Of a stretch of DNA of 64,000 nt, positions 61,317 to 64,000 are shown in pieces. The stretch is from an uncultured delta proteobacterium (lineage in GTDB: Bacteria > Desulfobacterota > Binatia > Binatales > Binataceae). The stretch is from positions 32,001 through 96,000 of the forward strand of contig CAVQEQ010000001.1 of NCBI GenBank assembly GCA_963711565.1, written 5' to 3'. A program made the position numbers and the translations under genes. Each line of letters starts with the position of its first letter. The first letter of the stretch is position 1. The notes under the pieces are model-generated. The model ran no database searches. It worked only from the letters and a program-made list of their open reading frames with translations, and was not told where the DNA came from.

Positions 61317-61538
61317 ATGGCCCATATCAACCGCCATGAGGGCCGCTTCCAGTGGGCAGGATTGTTCCTGTTGTATCTGGCATTCTCGGCCCTGCTTTTG
61401 GCTGGGGGCCTCGCCAGCCACGCGATTTGGTTCGAAAATCCGTCCACCTCGAACGCGACTAGAATCGGAGGAGCTGCCCTGTTCGTTATCTCGCCCGAGA
61501 TGACGACGCCATTTCTCGGCGCAGGCTCTCGCCTATGA
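61317..61538 (+). other. short membrane ORF, possibly a truncated relic related to the downstream gene
   Basis: MAHINRHEGRFQWAGLFLLYLAFSALLLAGGL loosely resembles N-terminus of next protein; ATGA overlap. Confidence 0.35.
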
Positions 61539-63694
61539 CCTCACCGGATCGCGCGCAACGTCGATGGCAGTCCCTCTTGGCGCTGGCGATTTATTTCGCA
61601 ATCGCGGTTCTGCTGCTCGATCGCGGGCTCGTCGGACATCCCGGCTACTACATCGGGCGCGACACTGACCCGCCGCAGACGATGTGGTTCTTCAACTGGT
61701 GGCGGTTTTCTCTCGCGCACGGGCTCAACCCGTTCGTCTCTGACTGGGTTTGGGCGCCCTTGGGAAGCAACCTTGCCTGGACGGCCATCGTCCCGCTGCT
61801 CGCCTGGATTTCGATTCCACTACAACTAACCGTGGGAGAACCTGCGACCTACAACCTGATTGTGATACTGACACTTCCCCTCGCGGCCTTCAGTGCCTTT
61901 CTACTATGCCGGCGCGTCACCGGAGCGTTTTGGCCGTCGATTCTGGGCGGTTACATCTTCGGCTTTTCTCCCTACATGCTTGGCCAGGCACTCGAGCACC
62001 TCGTTTTGATCGCGGTCTTCCCGGTACCGCTTATCGCGCTGGCGACCTTGAAGAGACTGGACGGCGACATTTCAGGGCGACGATTCGCGATTCTGCTGGC
62101 AGCGCTACTGGTAGTTCAGTTTCTCTGTTTCCCGGAAATTTTCGCGACCGCCATAGTCGTGGGAGGATTTGCGCTCCTGCTCGCGATCGCCCTTTTCGAC
62201 GGCGACCTCCGCGCGCGTCTGCTGGGGCTCATCACGCCCGCGGCGGCTGCCATTGCGATGGCAATCGTGGTGCTATCGCCGTACCTGTACTTCCTGCTCT
62301 TCCGGGGCTTTCCTCGCGATTCAATCTGGAAGCCCGGCAATTATTCCGCCGACCTGCTGGCATTCCTGGTGCCTACGGAAACGGTCATGCTCGGCACTGC
62401 ACGCGTCGCGACTGCGATATCGCGCACTTTTGTGCGCATGCCTGAGAACGGCGCTTACCTGGGCATTGCGCTAATCATATTCCTCGAAATATTCCGGCGC
62501 CGATATTGGAGCGCGCCCGCGGGAAAGTTTCTGACGATCTTGTTCCTCGTCCTCGCGATTGCCTCGATGGGGCCGACGCTCCATGTGGCGGGCAGGCCGG
62601 GAATCTGGTTGCCGTGGGCGCTGGTAGGATGGCTGCCACTTCTTTCGATCGCGTTGCCGGTGCGATTCATGATGTACGAGTTTCTGGTCGTGGCCGTGAT
62701 GGTTTCGATGTGGTTCTCGGCGTCATCGGCTCGACCGCTGACGAAACGTATCGCCGCCGCGGTTATCCTGGTGTCGATCGCGCCGAATCTCCACGCATCA
62801 TTCTGGATTAGCCGCCTCGACGTCCCCGCATTCTTCACAGACCGGGCATACGCAACCGAGCTTCAACCGCGCGAGATAATTTTGCCGCTGCCATGGGGGC
62901 AGAAGGGCAACAGCATGTATTGGCAGTTGCAAAGCGGCATGTACTTCAGGATGGCTGGCGGATACACGGGAGAATTCGCGCCGTTCGAGTTCGCACGGAT
63001 GCCGGTGGCGAACTACTTTTACGGCGGGATCGATCTGCCTGAGGCGGGCGATCAATTGAAGGCGTATATCGCTCGCTTCGGCGTGCAAGCGGTAATCGCC
63101 GACCCGAAAGAAGAAAATTTCGACAGCTTCAAACAGACGCTCGACGCGCTCGGAGTCGCGAGTCAGAACAAAGAAGGTGTGTGGATTTACAAAATCCCGG
63201 GCGATTCGTTCTCCACTTATGCCAAACTGCCGGCTGCTCAGGTCGAGGCGCGGGCGAACGCATTGCGCTTCGATGCGATCCTCGAGGCTGCGGGAAAGTA
63301 TCTCGCCACCGGACACGCTCTGTCGAAACTTTCCGCGCTCGAGCTGAAGCGGCTCGATCTTCTGCCGCACGACTGGCTCGTCGATGCGACACCGCACGCC
63401 TATTCCGACTGGGAAGTCGGACTGGCGGCCGGCGGCGGACTAGGCATCATCATCGTTGGCTCGTACGAGGGAGTACGGCCGCTGATCGAACGCTACCGCG
63501 GGATTGCCTCCGAGATAGATTATCCCGCGCCCACGCCATGGACGCCCGATTCGCATCCGCGGATCGATGTCATCCAACCGTTGCTCGTAACGTTCAACTC
63601 CGCCGAACTCGCCTCGGCGGTGCAGCGCCTTCGCGATTCGCCGCCGGCGGAGCGGACGACGCCATTTGTTGCCGGCGCCATGACCGGCCTGTAG
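61535..63694 (+). CDS. polytopic membrane protein, GT-C/YfhO-like glycosyltransferase
   Basis: D...MWF..W, NP, P.G.NLAW, YN, FGFSPY, YLG, P.RF, SMYWQ, GGY motifs; >10 TM. Confidence 0.7.
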   Translation: MTSPDRAQRRWQSLLALAIYFAIAVLLLDRGLVGHPGYYIGRDTDPPQTMWFFNWWRFSLAHGLNPFVSDWVWAPLGSNLAWTAIVPLLAWISIPLQLTVGEPATYNLIVILTLPLAAFSAFLLCRRVTGAFWPSILGGYIFGFSPYMLGQALEHLVLIAVFPVPLIALATLKRLDGDISGRRFAILLAALLVVQFLCFPEIFATAIVVGGFALLLAIALFDGDLRARLLGLITPAAAAIAMAIVVLSPYLYFLLFRGFPRDSIWKPGNYSADLLAFLVPTETVMLGTARVATAISRTFVRMPENGAYLGIALIIFLEIFRRRYWSAPAGKFLTILFLVLAIASMGPTLHVAGRPGIWLPWALVGWLPLLSIALPVRFMMYEFLVVAVMVSMWFSASSARPLTKRIAAAVILVSIAPNLHASFWISRLDVPAFFTDRAYATELQPREIILPLPWGQKGNSMYWQLQSGMYFRMAGGYTGEFAPFEFARMPVANYFYGGIDLPEAGDQLKAYIARFGVQAVIADPKEENFDSFKQTLDALGVASQNKEGVWIYKIPGDSFSTYAKLPAAQVEARANALRFDAILEAAGKYLATGHALSKLSALELKRLDLLPHDWLVDATPHAYSDWEVGLAAGGGLGIIIVGSYEGVRPLIERYRGIASEIDYPAPTPWTPDSHPRIDVIQPLLVTFNSAELASAVQRLRDSPPAERTTPFVAGAMTGL

Positions 63695-63706
63695 GTTCGC
63701 CGCGAC

Positions 63707-64000
63707 TCAGTCCTGGCGCTTTTGCGCGCGCAGTTTTTCGCTGATCACCAGCGCGCCAAGCGCCGCAGTCGTTCGCACGGGAAACTCGGCGGGGCGCCGC
63801 AGCGTTTTGTAGCGCGCGTCGAGCGTCCTGAGTCCATTCATCACACGTTCGCGCGCTTCGGCCAGCGTCGGACGCGGCATAATCCGGCGGCCGTTGTCGA
63901 ACACCGTCTCCAGCAACTGAACCGTTTTCGACGGTATTGGCTTGAACTCGCGCGCGACCGTAGTCGTGCCCTCGTCCACAATTCCGACCATATCGGCGAA
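63707..64000 (-). CDS. pncB: nicotinate phosphoribosyltransferase C-terminus (partial, runs off window)
   Basis: D..G...E, LL..VF..G......TL.EARER....L..L...Y..L..P..FPV pattern. Confidence 0.6.
   Translation of the reverse strand, partial: FADMVGIVDEGTTTVAREFKPIPSKTVQLLETVFDNGRRIMPRPTLAEARERVMNGLRTLDARYKTLRRPAEFPVRTTAALGALVISEKLRAQKRQD

Overview
This is a GC-rich bacterial chromosomal window. Its gene repertoire and 16S sequence are consistent with an uncultured Binatota (Ca. Binatus-like) soil organism; that assignment is inference, with no database search run. Housekeeping and metabolic content includes gnd-zwf-fba, cobQ, pdaD, a DAHP synthase, a partial pncB, many oxidoreductases and hydrolases, a multi-PAS hybrid kinase, a prkA-yeaH-spoVR locus, two toxin-antitoxin modules and a complete minus-strand rRNA operon (16S-tRNAIle-tRNAAla-23S-5S). 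The most notable signals are: (1) a small GIY-YIG nuclease gene bracketed by inverted palindromic repeats and inserted between prkA and yeaH, followed by two more repeat copies and a decayed 5' stub of the same gene, which looks like a transposase-free repeat/nuclease element; (2) four other REP-like palindrome families, one beside a gene end with strongly altered codon usage; (3) an unannotated 21-aa Arg-tailed leader ORF upstream of a methyltransferase-arginine decarboxylase cluster; (4) a VapC45-type toxin frame missing from the ORF track; (5) tandem secreted Cys-containing paralogs with duplicated promoters; (6) a CADD-type putative self-sacrificing PABA synthase. Four genes carry apparent 1-nt deletions that may be assembly errors.
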